64,000 nucleotides of DNA from an uncultured Acidobacteriota bacterium (GCA_963805975.1 CAWDVR010000002.1:1152001-1216000); one strand, 5' to 3'. Counted from the first letter of the stretch, positions 28,695 through 39,821 are shown. Notes: generated from the letters alone by a model not told the origin. Numbers and translations are program-made.

Positions 28695-30069
28695 GGCGGC
28701 GGCAGCGATGAACGGCGTGCTCATTCCCGCCTCCGCGGGCGAGCGGCCCTTCGCCGGCGCCGCCATCGACTCGCGCCGGCTGGCGGGCGGCGAGCTGTTC
28801 TTCGCCCTCTCCGGCACGCGGACCGACGGCCATCGCTTCGTGGCCGATGCGCTCGCCCGCGGCGCCGCCGCCGCGGTGGTGGACGAGCCCGGCTTCGCGC
28901 CGCCCGCGAACGGCGCACTGATCCGCGTGCCGGAGAGCTACGCCGCGCTCCACGCCCTCACCCGGCACGTGCGCCGCGAGGTGCCGGGCAGGCTCGTGGG
29001 CCTCACCGGCTCGGTGGGCAAGACCACCACCAAAGAGCTCCTCGCCGCCATGCTCGGCCGCCGTTTCCGGGTGGCGAAGAGCCCCGGCAACTTGAACAAC
29101 CTGCTCGGCTTTCCGCTGGCGCTCCTCGGCATCCCGGACGACACCGAGTGGATGGTGGCGGAGATGGGGATGTCCGTCCCGGGCGAGCTCGGGGAGGTCA
29201 GCCGTCTCGCGCGGCCGGACGTGGCACTGCTGCTCAACGTGCGGCCGGTCCACCTCGAGAACTTCGACTCGCTGGCCGGGATCGCCGAGGCCAAGGCCGA
29301 GATCCTGGCCGGCCTGCCGGCGGACGGCCTGCTGGTCGCCAACGCCGACGACCCCGAGGTGGCGCGCGTGGCGCGCCGGCACCCGGGAAGGATCGTGTGG
29401 TTCGGCACCGGGGAGAGCGCTGACGTGCGGCTGGTCTCGCGGGAGCCGGCGGGCCCCGGCCGGGTCGGCAGCCGCCTGATGCTCGAGGTGGAGGGGGAAC
29501 GGCGGGAGATCGAGCTCGCTCTCCACGGCCTCTACAACGCCTGGAACTGCCTGGCCGCCGCGGCCTGCGCCTTTCACCTGGGCATCTCGCTGGACGACAT
29601 CGCCACGGCCGCCACCGAGATCCGGCCGGCCTCCGGGCGCGGCGTGATCCACGCGCTTCCGGGCGGCGGCGCGCTGATCGACGACTCCTACAACTCCAAC
29701 CCGGCAGCCCTCGAAGAGGCGCTGGCGAGCGCCGCGGCCCTGGCAGCCGGCCGGCGCAAGTGGGTAGTCCTGGGCGACATGCTGGAGCTGGGCCCCGAGG
29801 CGCCCCGATTCCACCGCGAGGCCGGCGCCCTGGCGGCGCGACACGGTTTCTCTCCCATCGCCGGGGTGGGCGAGCTCTGCCGCGAGCTGGTGGCCGTCGC
29901 CGAATCGGCTGGCACCTGGTTCGCGACCGCGGCCGGGGCGGCCGAGTGGGCAGCGGCCGAGCTGCGGCCGGGGGACCTGGTGCTGGTGAAGGGCTCGCGC
30001 GGCGTGGGCCTGGACGTGGTCGTCGAGCGCCTGTTGGTGGCCTCTTCGAGCAGCGGAGGGAAGGGCTGA
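28672..30069 (+). CDS. murF: UDP-MurNAc-tripeptide:D-Ala-D-Ala ligase
   Basis: DSR, TGSVGKTTTKE, NLNN, EMGM, DSYNSNP, GDMLELG, KGSR. Confidence 0.96.
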   Translation: MARRRIDEAAAAMNGVLIPASAGERPFAGAAIDSRRLAGGELFFALSGTRTDGHRFVADALARGAAAAVVDEPGFAPPANGALIRVPESYAALHALTRHVRREVPGRLVGLTGSVGKTTTKELLAAMLGRRFRVAKSPGNLNNLLGFPLALLGIPDDTEWMVAEMGMSVPGELGEVSRLARPDVALLLNVRPVHLENFDSLAGIAEAKAEILAGLPADGLLVANADDPEVARVARRHPGRIVWFGTGESADVRLVSREPAGPGRVGSRLMLEVEGERREIELALHGLYNAWNCLAAAACAFHLGISLDDIATAATEIRPASGRGVIHALPGGGALIDDSYNSNPAALEEALASAAALAAGRRKWVVLGDMLELGPEAPRFHREAGALAARHGFSPIAGVGELCRELVAVAESAGTWFATAAGAAEWAAAELRPGDLVLVKGSRGVGLDVVVERLLVASSSSGGKG

Positions 30070-31154
30070 TGCTCTACGAGCTGCTCTATCCCCTGGCCGA
30101 CCAGGTGTCGCTCTTCAACGTATTCCGCTACATCACCTTCCGTGCCGCCGGGGCGACGGTGACGGCGCTGGCGCTGGCGCTCCTCCTGGGGCCGCGCTTC
30201 ATCCGCCTGCTGCGCGAGCGGGCCTTCGGCCAGTCGATCCGCGACGAGGGGCCGCAGAGCCACCAGAAGAAGGCAGGGACGCCGACCATGGGCGGCCTCC
30301 TGATCCTCTTCTGCTTCACCGTGCCGACGCTCTTGTGGGCCAACCTCACCAACGTCTTCGTCTGGCTGGCGCTCGGTACCACCTTGGCCTTCGGCGCCAT
30401 CGGCTTCGCCGACGACTACCAGAAGCTCGCCCGGCGGCACAACCGCGGCCTCTCGGCGCGCACCAAGTTCCTGCTCACCGTGGCCGCCGCCGGCACCTTC
30501 GGGGCGCTCCTCTGGGCGCTGCCGGACACCTACGGCTTCCAGCCCACCCTCGCCTTCCCGTTCTTCAAAAAGCTGGTGCTCACCCTGGGGCTCGCCTACA
30601 TCCCCTTCGTGGTGCTGGTGCTGGTCGGCGCCTCGCACGCGGTCAACGTCACCGACGGCCTCGACGGCCTGGCGATCGGCGCCACGCTGATCGCCGCCGC
30701 CGCCTACGCGGTGTTCACCTACGTGGCCGGCAACAGCGTGGTGGCCAACTACCTCCAGGTACCCTACGTGCCGGGGGCCGGCGAGCTCTCCGTCTTCTGC
30801 GGCGCGATGGTGGGGGCGAGCCTCGGCTTCCTGTGGTTCAACGCCCACCCGGCCGAGGTCTTCATGGGCGACGTGGGCTCGCTCGCCATCGGCGGCGCCA
30901 TCGGCACGGTGGCGGTGGTCTCCAAGCAGGAGATCGTGCTGGTGCTGGTGGGCGGCCTCTTCGTGCTCGAGGCCCTGTCGGTGATCCTCCAGGTCGCCTC
31001 CTTCAAGCTCACCGGCAAGCGCGTGCTGCGCATGGCCCCGCTGCACCACCATTTCGAGCTCGCCGGCTGGTCGGAGCCCAAGATCATCGTGCGCTTCTGG
31101 ATCCTGGCCGTGCTCTTTGCCCTGGTCTCTCTTTCGACCCTCAAGCTGCGATGA
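30069..31154 (+). CDS. mraY: Phospho-N-acetylmuramoyl-pentapeptide transferase
   Basis: GTPTMGG, GFADD, NVTDGLDGL, FMGDVGSL, PLHHHFE. Confidence 0.97.
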   Translation: MLYELLYPLADQVSLFNVFRYITFRAAGATVTALALALLLGPRFIRLLRERAFGQSIRDEGPQSHQKKAGTPTMGGLLILFCFTVPTLLWANLTNVFVWLALGTTLAFGAIGFADDYQKLARRHNRGLSARTKFLLTVAAAGTFGALLWALPDTYGFQPTLAFPFFKKLVLTLGLAYIPFVVLVLVGASHAVNVTDGLDGLAIGATLIAAAAYAVFTYVAGNSVVANYLQVPYVPGAGELSVFCGAMVGASLGFLWFNAHPAEVFMGDVGSLAIGGAIGTVAVVSKQEIVLVLVGGLFVLEALSVILQVASFKLTGKRVLRMAPLHHHFELAGWSEPKIIVRFWILAVLFALVSLSTLKLR

Positions 31155-32566
31155 GCGACGCGACCTCCTTCTCCCCCACACCGCTCTCCGTGCCCTGGAG
31201 CCCGGAGCCGTGGCGGCGCGTGCTGGTGATGGGCCTCGGGCTCTCCGGCACCTCGGCGGCACGGTTTCTTCTCGACCGCGGCGTCGCGGTGCTCGGCGTG
31301 GACGCCAAGCCGGCGTCGGCGCTCGAGCTGGGAGACCTCGCGGACCGCCCCGGCTTCGAGCTCGCCGCGGGCGAGCCGCCGGCGCTCCCGCCCGGCATCG
31401 ACGGCGTGGTGCTCTCCCCCGGCGTGCCGCCGGACCGGCCCCTGCTGCTCGACGCGCTGCACAAGGACGTGTCGGTGGTGGCCGAGGTGGAGCTGGCCTA
31501 CCCCTGGCTCGACGGCCCGGTGGTGGCGATCACCGGCAGCAACGGCAAGTCCACCACCACCGCTCTCGCCGGCGCCATGATCGCCGCCTCCGGGGTTCGG
31601 GTCGAGGTCTGCGGCAACATCGGCGAGCCGCTGACCGGCAAGGTCGAGGGGCCGGCGGGGCGGGTCTTCGTGGTCGAGCTGTCGAGCTTCCAGCTCGAGT
31701 GCATCGACACTTTCCACGCGCAGGCCGCGGCGCTGCTCAACCTGGCGCCCGACCATCTCGACCGCTACCCCGACCTCGAGTCCTACGGCGCCACCAAGCG
31801 GCGGATCTTCCACCACCAGGGCAAGGACGGCGTCGCGGTGCTCAACGCCGACGATCCCTGGGTGGCCGAGACCCCGACCCTCGCCGCGCGGCGGCGCCTG
31901 TTCTCGCGCCTCGCACCGGTCGAGGACGGCTGCTACCTCGACGGCGACCGGGTCATGGAGGCGAGCCCGGAGCACGAGCCGCGTGTGCTCTTCCAGGTTG
32001 CCGACCTGCCGCTCGCCGGCGTCCACAACCTCGAGAACGCGATGGCGGCGGCGCTCCTTGCGATCACGATGGGCGCCCTCCCGGAGCACCTCCGGGCGGC
32101 GCTCACGAGCTTCCGCGGCCTGCCGCACCGTCTGGAGAAGTTTGCCGAGGTGGGCGGTGTCGGCTTCTACGACGATTCCAAGGGCACCAACCCGGCGGCG
32201 ACGCTCAAGTCGCTCGAGGGGTTCAAGGACGGCAGCGTCCTCCTCATCCTCGGCGGGCGCAACAAGGGCGCCAACCCGGCGGACCTGGCGCTGATGGTGG
32301 CGCGCAAGGCGCGGCGGCTCTATTTCATCGGCGAGGCGGAGCAGGAGTTCGCGGCGGTATTGGGACGGATCGCCGAGAGCGAGCGCTGCGGAACGCTCGA
32401 GCGCGCGGTCGCCGCCGCGGTGTCGATCGCGCGCCACGGCGAGGTGGTGCTGCTCTCCCCCGCCTGTGCGAGCTTCGACCAGTTCAGGAACTTCGCCGAC
32501 CGCGGCGAGCAGTTCCAGCGCCTGGTGCGCGAGGCCCTGGCGCAGAAGGGCGGGCGCCATGGCTAA
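31151..32566 (+). CDS. murD: UDP-MurNAc-L-Ala:D-Glu ligase
   Basis: GLGLSG, SPG, TGSNGKSTT, ELSSFQL, DHLDRY, DSKGTN, SPACASFDQF. Confidence 0.96.
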   Translation: MSDATSFSPTPLSVPWSPEPWRRVLVMGLGLSGTSAARFLLDRGVAVLGVDAKPASALELGDLADRPGFELAAGEPPALPPGIDGVVLSPGVPPDRPLLLDALHKDVSVVAEVELAYPWLDGPVVAITGSNGKSTTTALAGAMIAASGVRVEVCGNIGEPLTGKVEGPAGRVFVVELSSFQLECIDTFHAQAAALLNLAPDHLDRYPDLESYGATKRRIFHHQGKDGVAVLNADDPWVAETPTLAARRRLFSRLAPVEDGCYLDGDRVMEASPEHEPRVLFQVADLPLAGVHNLENAMAAALLAITMGALPEHLRAALTSFRGLPHRLEKFAEVGGVGFYDDSKGTNPAATLKSLEGFKDGSVLLILGGRNKGANPADLALMVARKARRLYFIGEAEQEFAAVLGRIAESERCGTLERAVAAAVSIARHGEVVLLSPACASFDQFRNFADRGEQFQRLVREALAQKGGRHG

Positions 32567-33653
32567 GAAGCTCGCCTTCGACAAGGTGCTGTTCACCACC
32601 GTGGTGATGCTGGTGGTCTTCGGCCTGGTGATGGTGTACTCGGCGAGCGCCGGCATGGCCCAGAGCTCGGGGCTGGCGAGCGGCGGCTTCAACCCCTTCT
32701 TCGTGCGCCAGTTCGCGGCGGCGGTGATCGGCTTCGGCGCCATGGCGGTCGCCATGCACGTGCCCTACCGCATGATGCGCAAGGAAGCCCTGATCTACGC
32801 CCTGGTGGCGGCGGCCGTGGTGCTGCTGCTTGCAGTGCTCACCCAGCCGGCGATCAACGGCTCGCGGCGCTGGTTCCTGCTGGGACCGATCATGGTGCAG
32901 GCCTCGGAGCTGGCGAAGCTCGCGGTGCTGGCTTTTCTCGCCTACCAGATCGACCTCCACGACGAGGAAGTGAATCAGCGCGAGTTCCTGGTGCCGACGC
33001 TCTTCGTGCTCGGCCTGGTGGGGGCCCTGATCCTCGCCGGCCGCGACCTCGGCACCACGGTCCTTCTCCTCGCCGTGGCCGCGATCCTGATCTTCGTCGC
33101 CGGCCTGAAGTGGCGCTACGTGGCGGTCGCCGGGCTGCTGTTCGCGGCCTTCCTGTCGATCGCCATCCTCTCGGCGGACTACCGCAAGGCGCGCTTCCTC
33201 GCGTTCGTCGACCCCGAGGCCGACCCGCGCGGCAACGGCTACCAGGCGCAGCAGTCGCTGATCGCCGTGGGCTCGGGCGGGGTGCTGGGGCGCGGGCAGG
33301 GCGCCAGCCTGCAGAAGCTCTACTACTTGCCGCACCCGGAATCGGACTTCATCTACTCGATCGTCGCCGAGGAGCTGGGGCTGGTGGGCGCGCTCGCCGT
33401 GCTGGCCGGCTTCGGCGTGCTGCTCTGGCGCGGCGTCAAGGCCGGGGTCGGCGCGCCCGACCGCTTCGGCCGCTATTTGGCTCTCGGTCTAACCTGCCTG
33501 CTGGTGGTGCAGGGGCTGATCAACGTCGGCGTCGCCATCGCCATCCTGCCCACCAAGGGCATTCCGCTGCCCTTCGTCTCCTACGGCGGCTCGGCCCTGG
33601 TGGTGGCGATGGCGCTCTCCGGCGTGCTGCTCAACGTGTCGGAGCACGGATGA
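32559..33653 (+). CDS. ftsW: SEDS peptidoglycan polymerase
   Basis: MVYSAS, NGSRRW, QASELAK, GYQ, LPHPESDFI, LPTKGIPLPFVSYGGS. Confidence 0.95.
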   Translation: MAKKLAFDKVLFTTVVMLVVFGLVMVYSASAGMAQSSGLASGGFNPFFVRQFAAAVIGFGAMAVAMHVPYRMMRKEALIYALVAAAVVLLLAVLTQPAINGSRRWFLLGPIMVQASELAKLAVLAFLAYQIDLHDEEVNQREFLVPTLFVLGLVGALILAGRDLGTTVLLLAVAAILIFVAGLKWRYVAVAGLLFAAFLSIAILSADYRKARFLAFVDPEADPRGNGYQAQQSLIAVGSGGVLGRGQGASLQKLYYLPHPESDFIYSIVAEELGLVGALAVLAGFGVLLWRGVKAGVGAPDRFGRYLALGLTCLLVVQGLINVGVAIAILPTKGIPLPFVSYGGSALVVAMALSGVLLNVSEHG

Positions 33654-33654
33654 G

Positions 33655-34836
33655 ATGGCGGTCTCTCCTTCCAGCGCCTCGCCCCGTGGTGCGGTGCTCC
33701 TCGCCGGCGGCGGTACGGGAGGCCACGTGTTCCCGGCCCTCGCCGTGGCCGCCGAGCTGGCGGCGCGGGGGTGGGCCGTGAGCCTCGCCGGCAACCGGCA
33801 GGGGATGGAGGAGCGCCTGGCTCGGGAGCACGGTGTCGCCTTCCATCCGCTCGCCGCGCGCCCGTTCCTGGGCAAGGGCAGAGTGGCGCAGGCCCTGGCG
33901 CTCGCCACCCTCGGCCGCTCGGCCCTCGCCGCCCGCGGCCTCATCCGCCGGCTGGGCGCGGGGGTGGTGATCGGCACCGGCGGCTACGCTTCGGCGCCCG
34001 CCATCCTGGGCGCACGGCTCGCCAAGCGGCCGGTGCTGCTGCTCGAGATCAACGCCCGCGCCGGCGCCGCCAACCGCTGGCTGTCGCGCCACGCGGACGC
34101 GGCGCTCCTGGCGTTCCCGGAGACGGCGCGCGAGCTCGCCTGCCCGTCCCAGGTCACCGGCACGCCGGTGCGGCCCGCGTTCTTCGCGGTGCCGCCGCTG
34201 GGCGGCCGGACGGCCGGCGTTCGGAAGACGGCTTGGCGGATCCTCGTCCTGGGCGGCAGCCAGGGCGCCAGGCAGCTCAACGAGCTGGTGCCGCCGGCGC
34301 TCGCCGAGGTGGCGCGGGCGGCACTCGGCCGGGGAGCTCACGGCCTGGAGATCACCCACCAGTGCGGCGGCACCCAGGTGGAGGCCGCGCAGGCCGCCTA
34401 CGTGGCGGCCGACGTCGCCGGCGCCCTGGTGCGGGTGACGCCTTTTCTCACCGATGTGGCGGGCGCCATGGCCGCGGCGGACCTGGTGATCTGCCGCGCC
34501 GGCGCGATGACCGCCGCCGAGGTGGCCGCCGCCGGCCGGCCGGCCGTGTTCCTGCCGCTGGCCGCCGCCGCCGGCCACCAGGTGGACAATGCCCGGCGCC
34601 TCACCGAGGCCGGCGCCGCCCGCCTGCTCACCGGCGCCGAGGCGAGCCGCGAGACGCTGGCGGCGATGGTGGGAGAGCTCCTCGCCGACCGCGGCACGCT
34701 GGCCGCCATGGGCGAGGCGGCGCGAAAGCTGGCGCGGCCGGATGCAGCGGCGAAGATCGCCGACCAGGCCGAGATGTGGGCCGCGAGCGGTCCCCGTGCG
34801 CGCCGCAGCCGGAAGCCGGCAGAGGCCCGGCCATGA
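33655..34836 (+). CDS. murG: Undecaprenyl-PP-MurNAc-pentapeptide GlcNAc transferase
   Basis: GGGTGGH, GGYAS, GGSQGA, RAGAMT..E, HQVDNA. Confidence 0.96.
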   Translation: MAVSPSSASPRGAVLLAGGGTGGHVFPALAVAAELAARGWAVSLAGNRQGMEERLAREHGVAFHPLAARPFLGKGRVAQALALATLGRSALAARGLIRRLGAGVVIGTGGYASAPAILGARLAKRPVLLLEINARAGAANRWLSRHADAALLAFPETARELACPSQVTGTPVRPAFFAVPPLGGRTAGVRKTAWRILVLGGSQGARQLNELVPPALAEVARAALGRGAHGLEITHQCGGTQVEAAQAAYVAADVAGALVRVTPFLTDVAGAMAAADLVICRAGAMTAAEVAAAGRPAVFLPLAAAAGHQVDNARRLTEAGAARLLTGAEASRETLAAMVGELLADRGTLAAMGEAARKLARPDAAAKIADQAEMWAASGPRARRSRKPAEARP

Positions 34837-36224
34837 TGTTCGGCAACATGACCGGCCTGCGCCGCATCCACTTCGTGGGCATCGGCGGCTCCGGCATGAG
34901 CGGCATCGCCGAGGTGCTGCTCGACTACGACCTCGAGGTCTCGGGCTGCGACCAGGCGATGGGCGAGGCCACCGAGCGCCTCGAGACGCTGGGCGTGCGC
35001 ATCCAGCGCGGCCACGGGGCGGAGCACCTCGACGGCGTCGACCTGGTCGTCAAGTCGTCGGCGGTGGCCGAGGACAATGCCGAGATCCGCGCCGCCCGCG
35101 ACCGCGGCATCACGGTGGCGCGGCGCTCCGAGATGCTGGGCGAGCTGATGCGCCTGAAGTACGGCATCGCGGTCGCCGGCACCCACGGCAAGACCACCAC
35201 CACCTCGATGGTCGGCGCCATCCTCTCCGAGGCGGGCCTCGACCCGACGGTGATCGTCGGCGGCCGGCTGCGGGTCTCCGGCACCGGCGCGCGGCTCGGC
35301 AAGAGCGACTACCTGGTGGCCGAGGCCGACGAGTACGACCGCAGCTTCCTGCGCCTGGCGCCGATCCTGGCCGTCATCACCTCGATCGACGCCGATCACC
35401 TCGACACCTACGGCGACCTCGCCCGCATCCAGCAGGCGTTCGTGCAGTTCGCCGACCGCGTGCCGTTCTTCGGCCGCGCCATCGTCTGCCTGGACGACCC
35501 CAACATCCAGGCCATCCTGCCGGAGCTCAAGGACCGCCGGATGTTCACCTACGGCCTCGGCCCCCAGGCGGACCTGACGGCGATGGCGATCGAGGCGCAC
35601 GCCGCCGGCAGCCGCTTCCTGGTGCGGCGCCTCGACCAGGGCATGCTGGGCGAGATCGATCTGCCGATGCTTGGCCGGCACAACGTGCAGAATGCCCTCG
35701 CCGCGATTGCCGTGGGCCTGGCGCTCGAGATCCCCTTCGCCTCGATCGCCCGCGCGCTCGCCGGCTTCGGCGGCGTGCACCGGCGCTTCGAGCAGGTGGG
35801 CAGCTTCCACGGCGCGGCGGTGGTGGACGACTACGCGCACCATCCGACGGAGGTGGCGGCGACCCTCGAGGCGGCGCGCCAGAGCTGCCCGCGAGGCCGC
35901 ATCCACGCCATCTTCCAGCCCCACCTCTTCACCCGCACGCGCGACCACGCCGAGGCCTTCGGCCGCGCCCTGCTCGAAGCCGACCGCGCCACGGTGACCG
36001 ACGTCTACGCCTCGCGCGAGGCGCCGATCCCCGGGGTCACGGCCGACTCGATCGTCGCCGCGGCGCGCCAGAGCGGCCACCACCACGTGGCCTACGTGGC
36101 GGACTGGCGCGCCGTGCCCGAGCTCCTGGCGCGCGAAGTGGAGGCCGGCGATCTGGTGCTGACGCTGGGTGCCGGCGACATCTACCGCCTGGCGCGGACG
36201 CTCGCCGCGGAGAACGAGCCATGA
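34833..36224 (+). CDS. murC: UDP-MurNAc:L-Ala ligase
   Basis: GIGGSGMSG, GTHGKTTTT, EADE, DDYAHHPTE, FQPH. Confidence 0.97.
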   Translation: MMFGNMTGLRRIHFVGIGGSGMSGIAEVLLDYDLEVSGCDQAMGEATERLETLGVRIQRGHGAEHLDGVDLVVKSSAVAEDNAEIRAARDRGITVARRSEMLGELMRLKYGIAVAGTHGKTTTTSMVGAILSEAGLDPTVIVGGRLRVSGTGARLGKSDYLVAEADEYDRSFLRLAPILAVITSIDADHLDTYGDLARIQQAFVQFADRVPFFGRAIVCLDDPNIQAILPELKDRRMFTYGLGPQADLTAMAIEAHAAGSRFLVRRLDQGMLGEIDLPMLGRHNVQNALAAIAVGLALEIPFASIARALAGFGGVHRRFEQVGSFHGAAVVDDYAHHPTEVAATLEAARQSCPRGRIHAIFQPHLFTRTRDHAEAFGRALLEADRATVTDVYASREAPIPGVTADSIVAAARQSGHHHVAYVADWRAVPELLAREVEAGDLVLTLGAGDIYRLARTLAAENEP

Positions 36225-37216
36225 GCGCGTTGCCGCAGCGCGCCCCGCAGCCGGTGCTCCGTGCGAGCTCCGTGACGCGGGTCTCCAGGGCGGGAGTCTC
36301 CAGGGCGGGGGTGACCCCCCTGGCGGTCTCGCCTGCGGGCGCGGACGACGCGACGCTCTTCCGCCGCATCGCCGTGGCGCCCAAACGGAAGCGTGTCAAC
36401 CGCGCCGGTCGCGTGCTCCGCGTGCTGTGGAAGCCCGCGCTGGTGGTGGTGGCGCCGCTCGCCGTCGGCGGCTGGCTCTTCCACTCGCCGCTCCTCGCCC
36501 TGGGTGAGGTCGAGGTGGCGCCCAGCTCCCGGGTGCCGGCCGGCTGGGTGCGCCAGAGCCTGCAGCCCTTGGCCGGCGAGAACCTGCTCGCGCTGTCGCT
36601 CCCCGCGGTCACCTTCCGCGTCGGCCAGCATCCGTGGGTGGAAGCGGTCGAGATCCACAAGGTGCTGCCCAACCGCCTGCGCCTCGCGGTCACCGAGCGG
36701 GTGCCGGCGGCGGTCGTCGAGCGCGGCGGGCTGCGCTTCTGGGCCGCGGGCGACGGCCGCTGGATCGCGCGCTTCGAGGCCGGGGAGACGGCGGCGGGCC
36801 TGCCGCTCCTGGTCGAGCGCGTGCTGCCCGCCGTAGCGGACGCCGAGGGCGTCGCCCCGCAGTCGCCGGGGGTGCCCAAGGCGCTGGCGCTCCTGGCGGT
36901 GCTCGGCGGGGTCGAGCCGGAGTGGACGGCGAAGCTGCTGCGCGTCGAGGTGCTCGGCGACGACGACTTCGCGCTGGTCACCGAGGCGCTGCCTTTCCCC
37001 GTGCTCTTCGCCTCCGCCGACGCGGCGGCCAAGGCGCGGCACCTGGCGCGGCTGCTGCCGGAGATCCTGCGCCGCTACGACGAGCTGGAGCAGGTGGACC
37101 TGCGCTACTCGCGCCGCGTCGTGCTGGTGCCCACGGCGGGCAAGGCGGCCGGCGGTGAACGAGAAGTGGAACCAACAGATTCGGACTCGAATTCAGATAC
37201 CGGAGAGGTCTTCTAG
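36221..37216 (+). CDS. ftsQ: Cell division protein FtsQ/DivIB
   Basis: TM helix, POTRA-like PWVEAVEIHKVLPNRL..ERVP, C-terminal VDLRY; position before ftsA. Confidence 0.85.
   Translation: MSALPQRAPQPVLRASSVTRVSRAGVSRAGVTPLAVSPAGADDATLFRRIAVAPKRKRVNRAGRVLRVLWKPALVVVAPLAVGGWLFHSPLLALGEVEVAPSSRVPAGWVRQSLQPLAGENLLALSLPAVTFRVGQHPWVEAVEIHKVLPNRLRLAVTERVPAAVVERGGLRFWAAGDGRWIARFEAGETAAGLPLLVERVLPAVADAEGVAPQSPGVPKALALLAVLGGVEPEWTAKLLRVEVLGDDDFALVTEALPFPVLFASADAAAKARHLARLLPEILRRYDELEQVDLRYSRRVVLVPTAGKAAGGEREVEPTDSDSNSDTGEVF
36281..36310 (+). repeat. 15-bp tandem duplication in the ftsQ N-terminus (VSRAG x2)
   Basis: gtctccagggcggga gtctccagggcgggg. Confidence 0.7.
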
Positions 37217-37218
37217 CC

Positions 37219-38460
37219 ATGGCGAAGCCGCAACCGTACTACGTGGGAATTGACATCGGCTCCTCCAAGATCGGCGTGCTGGTCGGGCAACGCGATGACA
37301 AAGGCGTGCTCGAGGTCGTCGGCCGGGGCCAGGCGGACAACCGCGGCACCAGGAAGGGCAACATCATCAACGTGGACATGACGGTGGAGGCGCTGAAGGC
37401 CGCCACCGAGGAGGCCGAGGTGATGGCCGGCGTCGAGATCTCCCGCGCCTACGTCGGCATCGCCGGCGCCGACGTGCGGAGCGTCAACGCGCGCGGCATG
37501 GTCTCGGTGGCGCGGAAGGACCGCGAGATCGGCCGCCCGGACATCAAGCGCGTGCTCGAGGCCGCGCAGTCCGCCGCCCTGCCCTCGGATCGCGAGATCC
37601 TGCACGCCATCCCGCAGGAGTTCATCGTCGACGAGCAGGGCGGGATCGGCGATCCGCTCGGCATGCTGGGGAGCCGGCTCGAGGTCACCGTGCACCTGGT
37701 GACCGGCAACACCTCGCGCTCGAAGACGCTCCTCACCTCGATCAACCGCGCCGGCATCGAGGTGGTGGAGCTGGTCTTCGAGCCGCTGGCGACCGCCGAG
37801 GCCGTGCTCACCGCCGACGAGCGCGAGCTCGGCGTGCTGCTGCTCGACATCGGCGCCGGCACCTCGGAGTACGCGCTGCTTGCCGACGGCGAGGTCTACC
37901 ACTCGGGCGTGCTGCCGATCGGCGCCGGCCACTTCACCAACGACCTCGCCATGGTGCTGCGCACGCCGTTCGCCGAGGCCGAGAAGATCAAGATCAAGCG
38001 CGGCTGCTGTCTCGCCGGGCTGGTGTCCGAGGAGGAGGGCATCTCGGTGCCCACCGTCGCCGGCGGCTCGACGCGGGTCATCCCGCGACGCGAGCTGGCC
38101 TCGATCCTCCAGCCGCGGGCCGAGGAGCTGTTCCACCTGGTCAAGGAAGATCTCAAGAAGCACGGCTTCGAGGAGAGCCCGCGGGGCGGCGTGGTGCTGA
38201 CCGGCGGCGGCTCGAAGCTCGACGGCCTGCTCGAGATGGCGGAGCAGATCTTCGACGCCGGCGTGCGCTTCGGGCTGCCCCGCGGCCTGGGCGGGCTGGT
38301 GGACGTCATCAGCTCGCCGGCCTGGGCCACCTGCTCGGGCCTGCTGCTCTACGCGGTGGCGGCCGAGGCGCGCGAGGACAAGAGCCGCCAGCGCTCCGGC
38401 GGCTTCTCCGTGCGCGGCATGGTGTCGAGTCTCAAGGGCATGTTCTCCGACCTGCTGTAG
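37219..38460 (+). CDS. ftsA: Cell division protein FtsA
   Basis: DIGSSK, DIGAGT, AEKIK, VLTGGG, C-terminal amphipathic helix. Confidence 0.96.
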   Translation: MAKPQPYYVGIDIGSSKIGVLVGQRDDKGVLEVVGRGQADNRGTRKGNIINVDMTVEALKAATEEAEVMAGVEISRAYVGIAGADVRSVNARGMVSVARKDREIGRPDIKRVLEAAQSAALPSDREILHAIPQEFIVDEQGGIGDPLGMLGSRLEVTVHLVTGNTSRSKTLLTSINRAGIEVVELVFEPLATAEAVLTADERELGVLLLDIGAGTSEYALLADGEVYHSGVLPIGAGHFTNDLAMVLRTPFAEAEKIKIKRGCCLAGLVSEEEGISVPTVAGGSTRVIPRRELASILQPRAEELFHLVKEDLKKHGFEESPRGGVVLTGGGSKLDGLLEMAEQIFDAGVRFGLPRGLGGLVDVISSPAWATCSGLLLYAVAAEAREDKSRQRSGGFSVRGMVSSLKGMFSDLL

Positions 38461-38489
38461 ACCGAGTTAGAACCGACAAGGGGGTCACC

Positions 38490-39821
38490 ATGATTCTGTT
38501 CGACGAAGAGCACCAGCCCGCGGCCGAGCACCTGGCCGTGACCCTGCCGGACCGCGATGCCGCGCCGGCGAGAATCCGCGTGGTGGGGGTCGGCGGCGGC
38601 GGCGGCAACGCCGTCAACCGCATGATCGACACCAACCTGGGCGGCATCGAGTTCATCGCCGCCAACACCGATCTCCAGGCGCTGCGCAAGTGCCGGGCGC
38701 CGGCCAAGCTGCAGATCGGCGACCTCCTGACCAAGGGCCTCGGCGCCGGCGCCGACCCCGAAGTGGGCCGGAAGGCGGCGCTCGAGGACACCGAGCGCAT
38801 CCTCGAGATGCTGGACGGCGCCGACATGGTGTTCCTGACCGCCGGCCTGGGCGGCGGCACCGGCAGCGGCGCGGCGCCGATCATCGCCTCGCTGGCGGCC
38901 GAGATCGGCGCCCTGACCGTGGCGGTGGTGACCAAGCCCTTCGCCTTCGAGGGCAAGCGCCGCATGCAGCTCGCGGAGCGCGCCATCGAAGAGCTGCGCG
39001 GCGCGGTCGACACCCTGATCACCATCCCCAACGAGCGCCTGCTCTCCTTCGTCGAGCGCGGCACGCCGCTCTCGGAGGCCTTCCGCATCGCCGACGACGT
39101 GCTGCGCCAGGCGGTGCAGGGGATCTCCGACCTGATCACCATCCCCGGCGAGGTGAACGTCGACTTCGCCGACCTGCGCACCATCATGAAGGGCATGGGC
39201 ATGGCGCTGATGGGCACCGGCGTCGCCAAGGGCGACAGCCGCGCCATCGAGGCGGCGCAGCGGGCGATCTCCTCGCCGCTGCTCGAGGAGACCTCGATCC
39301 AGGGCGCCAGGGGCGTGCTGATCAACATCTCGGGCGGCAACGACATGACGCTGCACGAGGTCGCGGAGGCGGCGCGCATCATCTCCGAGGCGGTGGACGC
39401 CGATGCCAACATCATCTCCGGCATGGTGATCGACCCGTTGCTCGAGGACTCGATGAAGGTGACGGTGATCGCCACCGGCTTCGAGCCCGGCAGCTCCCAG
39501 CGCAACGCCAACGCGGTGGCCGCCTTCCGGGTGCGCCCGCCGGTGGGCAATGCGCCGCAGCCGGTGGCGGCGCCCCGGCTCGGAGCGCCGGCCTCGCCCG
39601 CGTTCGGGGCACCGGCCCCGGCTCCCGCACGCTTCGCCGCGCCGGCCGCGAGGCCGGAGGCGGCCGAGAGCGAATACGGCGACGACCCGGCCGACGTGCC
39701 CTTCTACCGCAAGGTTCTCGCCGCCGCGCGCGGCGGTAACGATCCCGGGAGCTTCGGTCCCAACTGGTCCAACGTGGACGACTACGACATCCCGACCGTG
39801 CTCCGCAAGCAGATGGACTGA
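38490..39821 (+). CDS. ftsZ: Cell division protein FtsZ
   Basis: GGGGGNA, GGGTGSG tubulin signature, NVDFAD, C-terminal [11 protein letters not shown]. Confidence 0.98.
   Translation: MILFDEEHQPAAEHLAVTLPDRDAAPARIRVVGVGGGGGNAVNRMIDTNLGGIEFIAANTDLQALRKCRAPAKLQIGDLLTKGLGAGADPEVGRKAALEDTERILEMLDGADMVFLTAGLGGGTGSGAAPIIASLAAEIGALTVAVVTKPFAFEGKRRMQLAERAIEELRGAVDTLITIPNERLLSFVERGTPLSEAFRIADDVLRQAVQGISDLITIPGEVNVDFADLRTIMKGMGMALMGTGVAKGDSRAIEAAQRAISSPLLEETSIQGARGVLINISGGNDMTLHEVAEAARIISEAVDADANIISGMVIDPLLEDSMKVTVIATGFEPGSSQRNANAVAAFRVRPPVGNAPQPVAAPRLGAPASPAFGAPAPAPARFAAPAARPEAAESEYGDDPADVPFYRKVLAAARGGNDPGSFGPNWSNVDDYDIPTVLRKQMD

Noticed and set aside
26034-37216. Apparent long N-terminal extensions on murE, mraY, murD, murC and ftsQ, and likewise on the CLF, CCD and PPIase ORFs
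   Set aside because: The extensions are Arg/Pro/Gly-rich out-of-frame readings of the upstream gene. The real starts overlap the upstream stops.
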